Under the pieces are notes generated by a model. That model worked only from the letters and a program-made list of their open reading frames with translations. It did no database searches and was not told where the DNA came from. Of a DNA stretch of 64,000 nt, positions 1 to 12,422 are shown piece after piece (positions within the stretch are counted from its first letter, which is position 1; every line of letters starts with the position of its first letter). Position numbers and translations under genes: made by a program. Origin of the DNA: Zygnema circumcarinatum SAG 698-1b (taxonomy: Eukaryota > Plantae > Zygnematophyceae); assembly GCA_037447605.1 (NCBI GenBank), contig CM074805.1, forward strand, positions 1 to 64,000, given 5' to 3'.

Positions 1-2478
1 CGAGGTTCTAAGAAGCTTGATAGTCTCTTATCGATGGCAGCCCCATTCCCTCCCGAGCCTAGCATGTCCGCAGCTTGGCGACCCCTAAAAGGCTGCTGGT
101 GGGTTGGGGCACCTCGGCCCCTTGCCCTTCTTGTCCTTGGTGTTGAGAGGGCAATCCCGGGCCTTATGCCTCTCCTTGCGGCAGCGGAAACACTTGTTCT
201 CCCGCTGCATCTTTTCCATTTCCTCTGGAGTCAACTTCTGCGGCCGTGCAGTGGGTGGGCGGGCAGCCACTTCCGGCTGCTTCCGCTTGTTCTTTCCTGC
301 CAGTTTGGCAGGAGCTGAGGGTCCCGCCTTCCACGANNNNNNNNNNCGCGCGCACAGGCGACAACTCACCGACTTTGGGAGGCGCCGACGCGCTGCCCTC
401 CCGCCCAATCAGGTCGCGCCACGTCAGCTCATTTGGCTCAGGAATCTCGCCAAACCGACTCAACGGGCTTTTCCGTGGTTGGGCCCCTTCATTTGTGTCG
501 GTCCGTCGGAGATCCCAGGATGGGCCATCATTTCGGAAGGCCCTGACTCTAGTGGGAACGCCCGGCGCTGGCGTTCACACTGGATCGACATTCGTGCCGC
601 CACGTCAGCGGTTCCTCCCCCCCGCGATGGCTGAGCGTTTGCGACCGACAGCGCGGTCTCCTCGTACCCCCCCTGCCATGCCGACTCCTCATTGGTCCAT
701 TTCTAATTCCCGCCACTTTTTGCCGCTTCGCCAACATTGCGCCTGTCGGCCGTACCTTTCGATTTCGAATTTGTCTTACTCCCTCCTCCACCTCCGGTCC
801 TGCCGATACTCCCCATTGCCGAATGTACGAGGAAGCTTCTCCACACGGCCACCGACTCGCCTCCCGTCCACGTCATCCTTGGCTCCTCCCCTGCCCTTTG
901 TCTCTTCTTCCTTGCGCCNNNNNNNNNNTCATCACTCCAATCCAACACAAGGACTCACATGTGACAAATGACACAAGTATAAGGAGAAAGCCCTCGGCCT
1001 AAAACTCCTTACCATTCATAGGTGTAATACAAGCTCTCTTAGGAAATCTACATATAACCTTATGCCCGATTCTCCTCCTCTCATGATCACTACCCTATCC
1101 ACTGATAGGCAGCTTACACCCCGACTGCAGTAGCTAAGCACTATATGCTTGCTTGAACTTCTCCTCTACCTCAACACGAGAGGGACACATCTCTAACTCT
1201 TTCACTAGAGCTAACCATGATGAGAGACAGTTCTTTCACGACCCCCTACACAAGGCCGGACTCCTCAAGGCCTCAGCCTCTGCCTACTCTTCCTAACACG
1301 AAGGTTGAGCAGCATAACGTTCCGAGTGAGTGAGTAAGTAGGGAGCCAAGCTTGCTCCCTCATATACCATGGCGGCCTTTGTCACGTGACGCCATCATGT
1401 CACGGCCACCCATGCAGCGCCTTGCAAGGGCCCTATCCTGATCTCAATCGTGCTCCGTCGGATCCTCCTTGGCTCACACGGATCCAGCTCCTCAGCCCGT
1501 CGGATCCAACTCAGCCTCATCTTGATCCTCGTCCTGCACCGTACGATCTGACTCCTCACTAACTCAGCTGCATGTGGGACCCCGTAAGCCTACGGTCGCC
1601 ACCGACCTAGGCCCTACAGGCCTTACCCCGAATCTGACACGTGGCGCCTTCCGATTCGCCACTGTCCTCCACATGAGACACTGCTGATGCAGCGCCTCCT
1701 CACTCCTGATTCACTGCGCCGACATTCTGACGCCGCGCCTTGTCACTTTCGAATCTGCCGCGTCGCGCCACGTCACTCCTGACTCCGCCGCGCTGTGCCT
1801 CAGCACCGACCAAAATCCGTACTTCGAAAGTACATACCTAATCATGCGAAATGTCCCGCAAGGAGATTGCGTCGCGATCTGCACTCTGGCGCGACCAATC
1901 ATGTCGCTTAGTGCAGATCCGCCTTTCGCGCCAAAGACCTCCGCGTCCGAACATTTCCGCGTCGTCCGTACAGTCGCGCGCCGTCCGTACAGTCGCGCTC
2001 CAAACCAATTAATGCGCATCCAGCGCACCCCCTTTGGTACGGTCTCAGCCTAAGCCGTAAATCTACGACCCTAGACCTTCCCTAGACCTTCCGTACAATG
2101 CCCTAACACTTTGGGCATCCCCCATGTTTGGTCCTATACCAAACATGACCATTCATGCATGATATTGTCCCTACATCAACACATGATCTCCTGGACAACA
2201 TTCACGCTAGGAACTAAGTACCAACACCTTGATGTACCTATACATCAACAAAGGGCTCTTTGCGCATCGAGTCCAGCCGCCGGTGGGAACATCTTCAGGA
2301 TCCCTACGTCTTCCGCTGCGCGTACCTCTGAATCTCCCGGATCCTGGCTCTATGCTGCAGGCAGACCCACAGGACCAACACAACCCTTCATCAGTTTCAG
2401 CACGGACGCGCGAGTGGCCGTACAGCACCTGCAACTAGCTCAGCAGTCTCCTCTTAACCCCACTTATCTTGTGCTACA
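1..2478 (-). mobile_element. LTR retrotransposon remnant (Ty3/gypsy-like by inference): long 5' LTR (~960-2478) plus degenerate gag, running off the left edge
   Basis: The minus strand starts TGTAGC at 2478, and TGTCACA at 966-960 is a candidate LTR end. A CCHC zinc knuckle lies downstream on the same strand. N-gaps at 337-346 and 919-928 prevent confirming the PBS and ORF continuity. Confidence 0.6.
85..336 (-). pseudogene. Retrotransposon gag C-terminal fragment with CCHC zinc knuckle
   Basis: Translation EEMEKMQRENKCFRCRKERHKARDCP matches CX2CX4HX4C, preceded by the basic, low-complexity linker typical of gag. The frames upstream of the gap contain stops. Confidence 0.75.
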
Positions 2479-2576
2479 CTGTACAGTGCGTCCCCAAGAA
2501 ATTCGCCTTGATTTTGCCGAAACCACCTTTTTGTACGGTAACTCTGTGTTAGCCGTACTACTCGTACTACCCGTAC

Positions 2577-2618
2577 CCCTAAAACCCTAGAACCCTAAAA
2601 ACCCTAAAACCCTAAAAA
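2577..2618. repeat. Interstitial telomere-like repeat (TTTTAGGG-type, 5 CCCT units)
   Basis: CCCT AAAACCCT AGAACCCT AAAAACCCT AAAACCCT AAAAA read directly. Confidence 0.8.
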
Positions 2619-2620
2619 CT

Positions 2621-2692
2621 GTACTAGCCGTACTAGCCGTATTAGCCGTACTAGCCGTACTAGCCGTACTAGCCGTACTAGCTGTACTAGCC
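2621..2692. repeat. 9-bp tandem repeat (GTACTAGCC)x8
   Basis: Eight consecutive units, two with single substitutions. Confidence 0.95.
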
Positions 2693-4369
2693 GTTACGGG
2701 CTTCAGCAAAACTCACCGAATCTTCCCGCACGTGCCGCCGTAAGAGGCGCTCGCTCGTCTTTCCTCCTTCTTGGCTCCGATACGACACGATACGATACGA
2801 TACGATACTGAACGAAACGGTACGATATGGTACGGTACGATACGTACGGTCCAACAGGAACTCTAACATGAACTCTAACAATACCGCGCGTCTTTTGGTA
2901 ACACGAACCTTCTATTTGCAAAAATCAATATTTTCGCCTCATATTTGCCAAAACCATGGCGAAAATATGAGGACTGTTGACTGTACCGTAGCGCACCGAA
3001 AACTGTCCGTACCGGTACGGTCGGTGTCGGCTTCTCTCACGGTTATTCGCGCGTCAAGTGGTTCGAGCATGCGCGCGACACGCAGGACGCATGGCATGAC
3101 ATGGCATGGCATGGCATGGCATGGCATTATGGCATGGACAATGCAGAAGCGAACGCATGCGCCTGCGCGGCCTTCACTTTCGCTTGAGAATGCGAGTGCG
3201 CGTGCACGCTGTCCCCGCGGTCGCCGCCGTCCCCATTCCTTCCTGTGCAGGCCTTAACCATGTGGGCCAAGGATGGGCTTCTTCAGCAATAACTTCATGG
3301 CGGATTCGTCCCTACAGTGTCGGATCTCAGTTTTTCCCTTGTCCACTGGCTGGCAGAGTGTGAAGTGTACGCAGCTCACATTGTGCGGTTTAAGGTGTGT
3401 ACACATCATCTATCTACAGTATTCATACCTGCCACAGACGGCAATACCCTACACAAGCACTTTACACAAAGAGCTTCTGATAGACCAGTACTTGAATTCT
3501 CGTTGCTTTCCATACCTTAACAGTCAACTTGAGGACCATTAAAACCAAACAAGCTCCTGCAATTGGCAGAAAGCTTGACCCTTTCATGCGTCTGTTTGGA
3601 ACTGGCTGGTGCTACCAATACCACCACCAGAATCACGCCCAATCTTCAAGCTGAGAGAAGCATAGAGTCCAGAACTGAACGGTTCGACAGCAAATGCAAC
3701 CGATGCTACACAAAAGGCAAGAATTAGGCCTTGTATACAATGCAAGACATGAACATGCACACGCGCGCGTCAACAAGAGCAGCACATTCTAGACGACAAG
3801 ACCCAGGCCTAAAGGACAGATTGTGACCAGAGCCAGAAAGGAGGAAACCATTACTCACGGATCAGGACAACGCCAAACTGAACAGAACAAGTCAGACTCT
3901 AGTCAGAAACTGCACTGCCTTGAGCCCCGTTAATTCAGACCCTTCAATCAAAAGTCGCGAAAACAAAGCTCCAGCCCTCCCAGCCTTCCCGCACCCATGG
4001 GCCACTTCAACTTTTTCCACGCCTCGCCACTGCTCCCAAAAAAAGCTAGGCCCTATGCTCTGCTGCTAGGTACAGTGGAATGCATCTCTGCGTAGCAAAG
4101 AGACCACACCACAGCCAAGGAAAGCCAAAGAAAGAGCTGCATGGCAAAACACAACAGAAATCTCGCCCATACGAATCCTTTCCTTAGATGCCAACGAGGT
4201 TTCAGACTGCCCCCTCTAGAGACTGTTCCTTTCACAAAGCAGCGAAGCAACCCCTCCACTAAGAGCAAGTACCAGCAACCATTGCTTACATCGAATGGCT
4301 CCCACCTCCACAATTTCCGCCGCCTCCACTCCCCTGCTCCATATAGAAGTCGACCATTTTGGTTTTCCC

Positions 4370-6691
4370 TTACCGGAAACGCCGCAGAGAAAGGGAGTTG
4401 TGCTTTTTCCACGTGGCATGGACAGAGGGTCGCACTTTCGTGTTCGAGTGACCCCGGCCGTGAAGGCCGCGATGGTGGCGACCAGCTGAAGTGAGTCCAC
4501 GAAGCTCACGATGCTTCATGACAGGTGCCACTATCCAGTTGATGCGTGGATCCTTGCGAATAGCCTTGTGCGCAATGTCCACCAGAATGACCTCGAAGTA
4601 CTTGTAAGCAGAATCCTGCTCCCAAATAGAGTCAAGCAGGCAACCATTTGCAAAATGAAAAGTGAAGCTCCGTCATTATCCACATCCAACGTCGTTCTAC
4701 CTTGTTGGCAATTGCCGAAGAAATATGTACCAACAAACGCACTTACTACAGATAACTATAACCAATGCTCACAGGAGTAGCTCATGACGCATCCAAAAAG
4801 CACATAAGCCAGACGTGAACTCTGCAGCGAACAGTGTTGTTGTTAAAAGGTAGGTTGTCATCGAACTTAGATATCATAATCAAGCAATGAAATCAAAACA
4901 CCTACATTATAGACGCGCTATAACCGAAGGTCCCAAATGGCGACCCCGGGCCATTCGCATTACGACGACAAAACGACAGGACAAAGTCTTTAACTCGGGA
5001 ATTCAAACATACAAATACTCGGGAGTTCAAGTATACTCTGTACCACGAAAAGGTGGATAAGAAGCTACACTTTGAGAACTACTAACCTGATTCACCCAGT
5101 ATGAATTCAGAACGCGAAGGCCTCCCAACTTGCGACCAGCGCGCTCCTCAGCAACCGAGCGCAAGTTACGCTGGAACTTCAACTGTGAGATACCCTGGTG
5201 CACCGGCTTTCCGTACACGATACCCTTTGACACCGGGCGCTTGCGACCTCCGCGGCGCACTCGAACACGATAAATGACGTAGCCCTACAGGAAAAGGGTT
5301 CAGACAGCCAGTCCACCAAAAACACGGAAATAAGCGTAAAAGAATTTTGGCTTTAAGAGCAAATAGGTTGCTGATACGCATTGGCGCAAGGCCCCTCCGT
5401 GTATGTCCCTTCTTGTATGCCAATTAAAATTGCTTTGAACTTCCTATCGAAACAACAGTCTTATGCTAAATTGTCTGCCTAGCTTCATTCAAGTACTCAA
5501 ATGTGGATGACACTGCGAGAACTAGCTAATCAACTCATTGGATAATTTGTAGCACAATACAGTACCAAAATTAAAACATAAAAAGGGACTGGTGACAAGG
5601 AACAGTTTCAGTCTAAAAAAAAGTCGTACGCGTGCCAGACAAATGGTACACAGTGCCAAATGGTCTACGTGCGAGTGTCAGCTGCACACACATTATTTTA
5701 TTCTATTATTGCAATGCATACGGATTCCTCGTTGGCTGCCCCCGACGAACTTTTGTATGTGTCATCTCTCCTCGTGCACGGAGTGTTTAAGAAGAGTGCA
5801 GGTTTCAAAGGCCGAGTGTTTCTGTATTTCGGTCTTGCAGAGTCGCTTACCTGCTTTGCCTTGTACCCGAGGCGACGAGCCTTATCCGGTCTTGTGGGCC
5901 TGGTGAGGCGAGTGATGCTGGGTAACTGGCGATACTCCCAGCAGCGCACTCGCAGCAGGAAGCGCAGCACATCAGACTGCTTTTTCCTCCACAACTCCTC
6001 CAAGTACTTGTAGGCCCCTACAGGAGAAAAGCATTGCAGCAAGTGAATCGACGGTAAAAACGGGCATTGCCTCTATGAACCTCCTTTCGAAATGAAAATA
6101 CAGACTAAAAGGACACTGAAAAAACTATATCAGGGCTTAAGGGGACGGACGAGTGGCACACGCACGACACGGAGGTACGTAAAAAGCATTGGCGTAGATG
6201 ATAAGTGTAAATTACTGCTCCTAAAAGTACTCATGACACTCGAAGACGTTACAATACCACATAGACTGGGATATGCCCACCCTGAGCAACGAGAGAGGAA
6301 GGAAACCCCAAAGGTCACTGACGTTTGTTAATGGACACGCCTATAGTCGCTAAGTGCAAAATAGAGGGTAAACTTTCTACCGAAACTAAGGCAGTTGATC
6401 ATACGAGCTAACCCTAAATCGTTAGCTCGTTGAAAACCAGTTAGTGCATGGGAAATTATGCGCTCTGATTAAAACGAACAAAACGTCATCAGGGTCCAGG
6501 CAATTTGGAAGTCGCCAAAAATTGTGAGGTGCGTTCAGGCCGGTTTGGCATGGTCATGTTTTGCAATGAGCCGAGCGAGTGAGCAGGAGCAGGGAGAGAC
6601 AGCTGCAAGCTGAGCCTCGTGATCCAGCAGCAGCGCGGCGCAAGGCGGCGCAAGGGGGCGCAAGGCAGGAGGCAAGGCAGTACTCACCCAT
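4370..6691 (-). CDS. RPL15: 60S ribosomal protein L15 (eL15), 4 coding exons, 204 aa
   Basis: Exons 6691-6688 (ATGG|GTGAGT), 6017-5851, 5284-5087 and 4615-4370 total 615 nt with GT-AG introns. Translation [32 protein letters not shown]...[18 protein letters not shown]...[10 protein letters not shown]. Confidence 0.98.
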
Positions 6692-7106
6692 GGCTGCCGC
6701 TGGCGGAGGGGCGGGGCGGGGCGCGAGCCGAAGAGGGCCCGCCGTGTGCGCAGCGCCCGCTTATGGCAGGCAGCGAGCGCGAGGGAGGGGGGTTCCGAGC
6801 CTGCCCCCCGGCCGCGCGCTGCCGTCCGATCGAGACGCGGAGCTGCGGCCGCCGTGCGATGGATCCCGCCCGCGCGCGGGGGCAGGCGCCTGCCTCCCGC
6901 GGCAGACTGAACCCTCTCCTCCCCCTACCCTCCCCCCGCTTCGTCCTCGTCGCTCGTCTTTCTTCGACTTCTTCTTCTTCGTGTACTTGTGCTTCTTCTG
7001 CCGCGCGCTGCGAGAGGGGGGAGGCGAGGAGAGGGGAGGGGCAGGCCGGGACGGGACCAGCAGGAGGGCAGAGCCAGCCACCCAGCCAGCTCGCCCGTAC
7101 GCCGCC
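6692..7106. promoter_or_regulatory. GC-rich divergent (bidirectional) promoter region RPL15/CCT7
   Basis: Only 415 bp separate the two start codons on opposite strands. The region is GC/CpG-rich. Confidence 0.7.
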
Positions 7107-10100
7107 ATGGCTAACATGATGGTGAGTGCAACCGTCCGCATCCGCCGCCTTCCGCCTGCCTCGCTACTCTGCAGGCCTTTCAACACCACGAGGTTTCTAC
7201 CTCACTCCCATTCAACCCACGTTTCCTATCCTCCACGGTGTTTGTTCCTTTGCGCAGCAACCGCAAATCATCTTGCTCAAAGAAGGAACTGATACCTCAC
7301 AAGGAAAAGCACAGCTTCTGAGCAATATCAACGCATGCCTTGCGGTTGTGGATGCCGTGCGGACCACGTTGGGACCTAGAGGGATGGACAAGCTTATCCA
7401 TGATGACAAGGGCAACACGACTATCTCAAATGACGGAGCCACCATAATGAAGCTTCTTGATATTGTGCATCCTGCCGCCAAAACACTCGTGGAGATTGCT
7501 AAATCGCAGGATGCTGAGGTCAGGTTTGTGCTGACCTTTGGGAGGTCCAACACCTGTCCAAGTTTGATAATGGACCATCCCATGGCCATTTGAATTCAGT
7601 TTCTATTTTAGCAACCTCGCTAATTTTGCATTGAACTCCCATGGTCAGGCGCCACGAAACGTCGTTCTGGCCCCTTAACCATTGAATTCTGGCATTCAAA
7701 GGTCTATCTCCTTACTTTGCCGTTTTAAAATTGTTATGCTGTCAGGTTGGAGATGGTACAACCACTGTCGTCCTTTTGGCCGGTGAATTTTTGAGAGAAG
7801 CAAAACCGTTTGTAGAAGATGGAGTTCATCCTCAGCTGATCATCCGCAGCTTTCGAACGGCAGCAAATCTGGTCTGTCGAACCCAACTGAAATACGCATG
7901 CATGCCTATGTTGACATATCGCTGATTCTGGTCACGCGGCCTCAAACCCCTCTCATAACTTCACATGACCAAGGACTGAAAGACGCTGATGGATGTGTAT
8001 TTTTAAGAATCCTGCTGTGGTTTATCTAAAGGTGTGCACCGGGTCTGCATGAATCAGGCTGTACAACATGTGAAGACGGTGGCGATAAGCATAGAGGGAA
8101 AGACTCTCGAAGAGAAGAAAGAAGTCTTGCAGAAGTGCGCAGCAACGAGCTTAAGCTCCAAACTTCTTGGAGGAGAAAAGGATTTCTTTGCTAAAATGGT
8201 TGTAAGTGCTGTTTTGGCGCTAGACGAGGATGTGCCGCTCAACATGATTGGTGTAAAGAAGGTACTTCATCTTGCCGGACGGGGGTGTAGTAGGATCCGT
8301 GCTCTTTCTTTTGGCCAGTCGGAGGGAAACTATTTGTAAGGGGTGTACAAAGAAGTAACATCAGCTAATCGAGTTCCATTTTAACTTAACATTATTCTTC
8401 CTGGAGGTCATTTAGAGGGTCAAATGGCATGAGCCCGCACCTGGTCTTATCTGTAACTTCCAAACCTTTGATTCATTTAGTTCACCGTGTGCACATTAGT
8501 GTGTATCGTTTTCCTCTTTTCCTTACCCCGGTTATAACCTTTTCAGCCTTTTTGCATGAGGATCTGTACCGAACGGAAACCTATTCTACTTGAAACGTGC
8601 ATTACTTTTATCACAGGCCTTGTTCATGCACTTAATGGTTGTTTCATTCAAGGTTTCATCTCAGATACGAAGTTCCCCGTTTTGGACACTAGCATTTGGT
8701 TAGTTGGCTTTGTAGAGATTTCATGCTGCTGTATGTGATATCGGGAAAAAAACGAGCATTTATTGTTTTTTGTTACGAGTTTAAAAGCGTGAAGCGTGAA
8801 CAGGACAAGAACTTTAAACTTAGTAAGTCCCTGCGATTTGGAAGGCAAATCGACGATTCTAAGATAGATAACATTTGCATCATTCATAAACAAAAACGAG
8901 CTTGGGCTGTCTTGTATTGACTCCTGTACACCTTAGTGTATTAGTGTATTAGTGTATTAGTGTATAGTGTACCTTATTTCTGTGAGAGTTCTTTCTAGGA
9001 ATATCATGTGCACTGTGTTGATAATACTTTTCCTAACAGAATCTGTTATTAGCAATATTACCACAACATGATTGCTTTCCGTGATGTAACTCACCTCTTG
9101 AAGCTCATTCATGTATTCAGTCAATTTTGGTTTTGATACCTCGGAAGTGAATAGACTTGTCAGAGCAGCGTAGGTTTGATCAGGTTCTGCGTTCAGACCT
9201 CGCACGAAAACAATTCTTTATCTTTGAGTAAATAAAGCTTGCATTAAACCAGTTCTTCTTAATTACAAGAGTGAACTTGAGTTTGCCTTTGTTGAGAACT
9301 TGCGTTTGTTGGCTTTGTTTGAATACGTAAGCAGTCTTGTTCAATCTCGTAATTTAACAGGTGCAAGGAGGCACCATGCGTGACTCATTTCTTGTGGAGG
9401 GAGTTGCCTTCAAAAAAACGTTCTCATATGCCGGGTTTGAGCAACAACCGAAATCGTTTGACAATCCAAAGATCCTGCTCCTGAATATCGAGCTTGAATT
9501 GAAGTCTGAGAAAGAGAACGCTGAAGTCAGGTCAGTTCCTCTTGTTTGCTGGGAGACTTTTGCAGTCACACACATTATCACATGCTTGATATGTGCGCTT
9601 TTTTCAATGAAGTCTCTTGTTTCATTTGTCGACGACTTCATGGCTCTCTGGCCAATGTTTCCCTCATTCGTTTGAAATCGTTTGAAATTTGTCTACCCCG
9701 GTGAATTGATCACTAAAAAGTCTAAAATTGTTTCTTGGGTTATCAATCTCCCTGACTTTGATCTGAGACTGCCAGGTTGTCAGATCCTGCACAATACCAG
9801 TCCATAGTGGATGCGGAATGGAACATCATTTACGACAAGCTTGAGAAATGTGTTAAGAGTGGTGCGAAAATTGTCCTTTCTCGCCTGGCTATCGGTGACC
9901 TGGGAACACAGGTAAGATCTGTTTGGACATTGCAGCTGCGGTCTCAGTTTTGATTGCCTTTCAATCGTTATTCGAATGTCCTTTCGGAGTTTCTGTTGTT
10001 CTGTATGACAAGTAGTCATTGTCTGCAGTACGTAGCATGTTATACCTTAGTTTGAAGTCGGAAGCTGTATGGGTTCACCTTGACTTTCTTTAGGGCAGTT

Positions 10101-12422
10101 TTTTCAAGCACTGATATTTACCTTCAGGGTATATTTAGTGGACGAGTCTTTTAAAGTTACCCCGGGTGGTTCATACTGCAGTACTTTGCGGATCATGACA
10201 TTTTCTGTGCTGGCCGTGTACCTGAGGAGGATCTCCAGCGCGTTGCCAAAGCCACTGGCGGTGCAGTTCAGACAACTGTCAACAATCTAGTCCCTAGTGT
10301 GAGTGGATTACGGTGTACTGAATTCTATTGTGTGACCTGCTGTTTTTCTACGTCTTATTCGGTAAATAGCAAGACACACTCCTCTTGCAGAGCATGTCCA
10401 TACAGCCTTCTTGAAATGCAGGTGATTTTGGTTTGTCCGAGTCTCTTCAAAGATGTCTGGAAAGTTGTGTTAAGGATTATTATTATTTTGTATGCCTGTT
10501 CAATTGGCAGATTCTGGGCCAATGTGCATATTTTGAGGAGAGACAAGTTGGAAATGAACGATTTAATTTGTTCACCGGCTGCCAAGAAGCAAAGACTGCC
10601 ACAATTGTCATCCGAGGTGGTGCTGATCAGGTGCTGATTTCACGCGGATGACTCCCACCAGTTTTACGCAACCTTTCTGTTTACTCTCATTGGTTTTGTT
10701 GTAACGCATGTGCTTTACACGATTGAGAAGGGATGGTGCAACCTAATTTTCTGTAGGCACCGGTTGGTCGAGTGCACTGGTTGGCGTTATCTGCAATTCA
10801 GTTCTGTAGAATGTGCTGTATACATCAAGTTATCAAGCAGCCTTAGTTTTTGAAAACTGACTCTCGACCTGCAGCGCATAATGTCTCACACTAAAGCCTT
10901 GGTGATGAAGCGCATGGGAGCCTAACGATTTGTTGACCTGCTCATGTATTGTGGCAGTTCATTGAGGAGGCAGACAGGAGTCTGCATGATGCTATCATGA
11001 TTGTGAGGAGGGCAGTGAAGAACTCTGCTGTTGTGGCTGGAGGTGGAGCTATTGATGTAAGACGGTGTCCTGCCTAACTGAGGCTTGTCTGTTGTCAGGG
11101 CTTGATGTCCAAAGATCGCCTTTTTTTCGGAATTGATGTGTAAGTATCCTGGCTGTTGAAGGACGAGCGAGTGACATGCTTGAAATACGCTTGACGAATG
11201 TTCCTGCGAATGTGGCAGATGGAAGTTAGCCGATATTTGCGGCATCATGCACGGTCGACTGCTGGAAAGTCTCAGCTTTTCATCAATGCCTTCGCAAAGG
11301 CTCTAGAGGTAAGTTGATTGTTTTGGCTGTACATCAAGTAAGTAAGTAGTCCGCGTTTTCGCTATCCTAATCCAATCATATTCATCCTCATGGAAGAAAA
11401 CCTGGTATTTGGCCAGAGGGGGAGGGCATGGTGAAGCAAGCATCTTGTCGCAGTTTGCGAGTATACCCGTCACCGGGGATTCAACTGTCTGCATGGATAC
11501 AGGTTATTCCTCGCCAGCTGTGTGAAAATGCCGGCTTTGATGCCACTGACGTGCTGAACAAGCTGCGACAAAAACATGCACAGGCTTCCGGTAAGATTGC
11601 CCTCAATGATTTGCTGGAGATTTAGTCATTTCTGGTTAGTGACTCGAGTTGATATTTCTGATTTGCCAACGCCGTTCAGTTAACTCACGATTGCCTACTG
11701 ATTGCAGGTGAAGGAGCTCTGTATGGAGTAGATGTGAATAACGGAGGCATCGTGGACACTTACGCGAATTTTGTCTGGGAACCTGCGGTAGTCAAGGTGG
11801 GTCCCCCTCACGACGTCCACTACAATGTTATCTGTGAAGGCTGTATTACTTATCATAATCATTCATTCTAGAACATGCAGGCTTTGATTCCTGTTCCGTC
11901 GTTTTATTTTGGAGTCGTGCGATAGACACGCGTGTTTGTCAAGTCTCCCTAGCGCCACTTCCAACTTAGCTCGGGCTGATTTGTCGCTTCTACTCGGCTA
12001 CAGATCAATGCTCTCACTGCGGCGTCTGAGGCGGCCTGCCTCATTCTTAGTGTGGACGAAACAGTAACAAATCCTAAGGTGCGCCAAACTGTTCTGTTTC
12101 CCGGGTGTACATCTTGTGAAGTTCTTGTGACAATATCGTCTTTGGTGGAACGTCTTGATTGAATGCATGCGCTTGTAGTTTCTTGTGTGTGCAGTCTGCT
12201 TGATGCTAATTGCTCAAAAAGTGTTGCCAGGTTTGCTGTTCTGACCCTACTGCTTGCGAGAGAGTTATTGGCCTCCATTGTGAGGGTGACGAGGCGATCT
12301 TGTTTGTTATGTGGGGGGGACAGTCGGAGGCGGCGCAAGGCGAGGCTGCTGGGGGGGGCGGAATGGGTGGCCGGGGCAGAGGGGGCGGCGCTATGAGACG
12401 AGGTCGAGGCATGCGCAGGTGA
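7107..12422 (+). CDS. CCT7: T-complex protein 1 subunit eta (cytosolic chaperonin CCT7), multi-exon
   Basis: MANMM|[27 protein letters not shown]...[12 protein letters not shown]...ISNDGATI...[53 protein letters not shown] and a C-terminal [17 protein letters not shown]. The junctions examined are GT-AG. Confidence 0.97.

Noticed and set aside
10901-10910. Box C-like GTGATGA in a CCT7 intron (snoRNA candidate)
   Set aside because: There is no downstream CTGA D box or terminal stem before the 3' splice site, which is only ~50 nt away.
12330-12422. RGG-rich tail on CCT7
   Set aside because: A Gly/Arg-rich C-terminus is a normal feature of plant CCT7.
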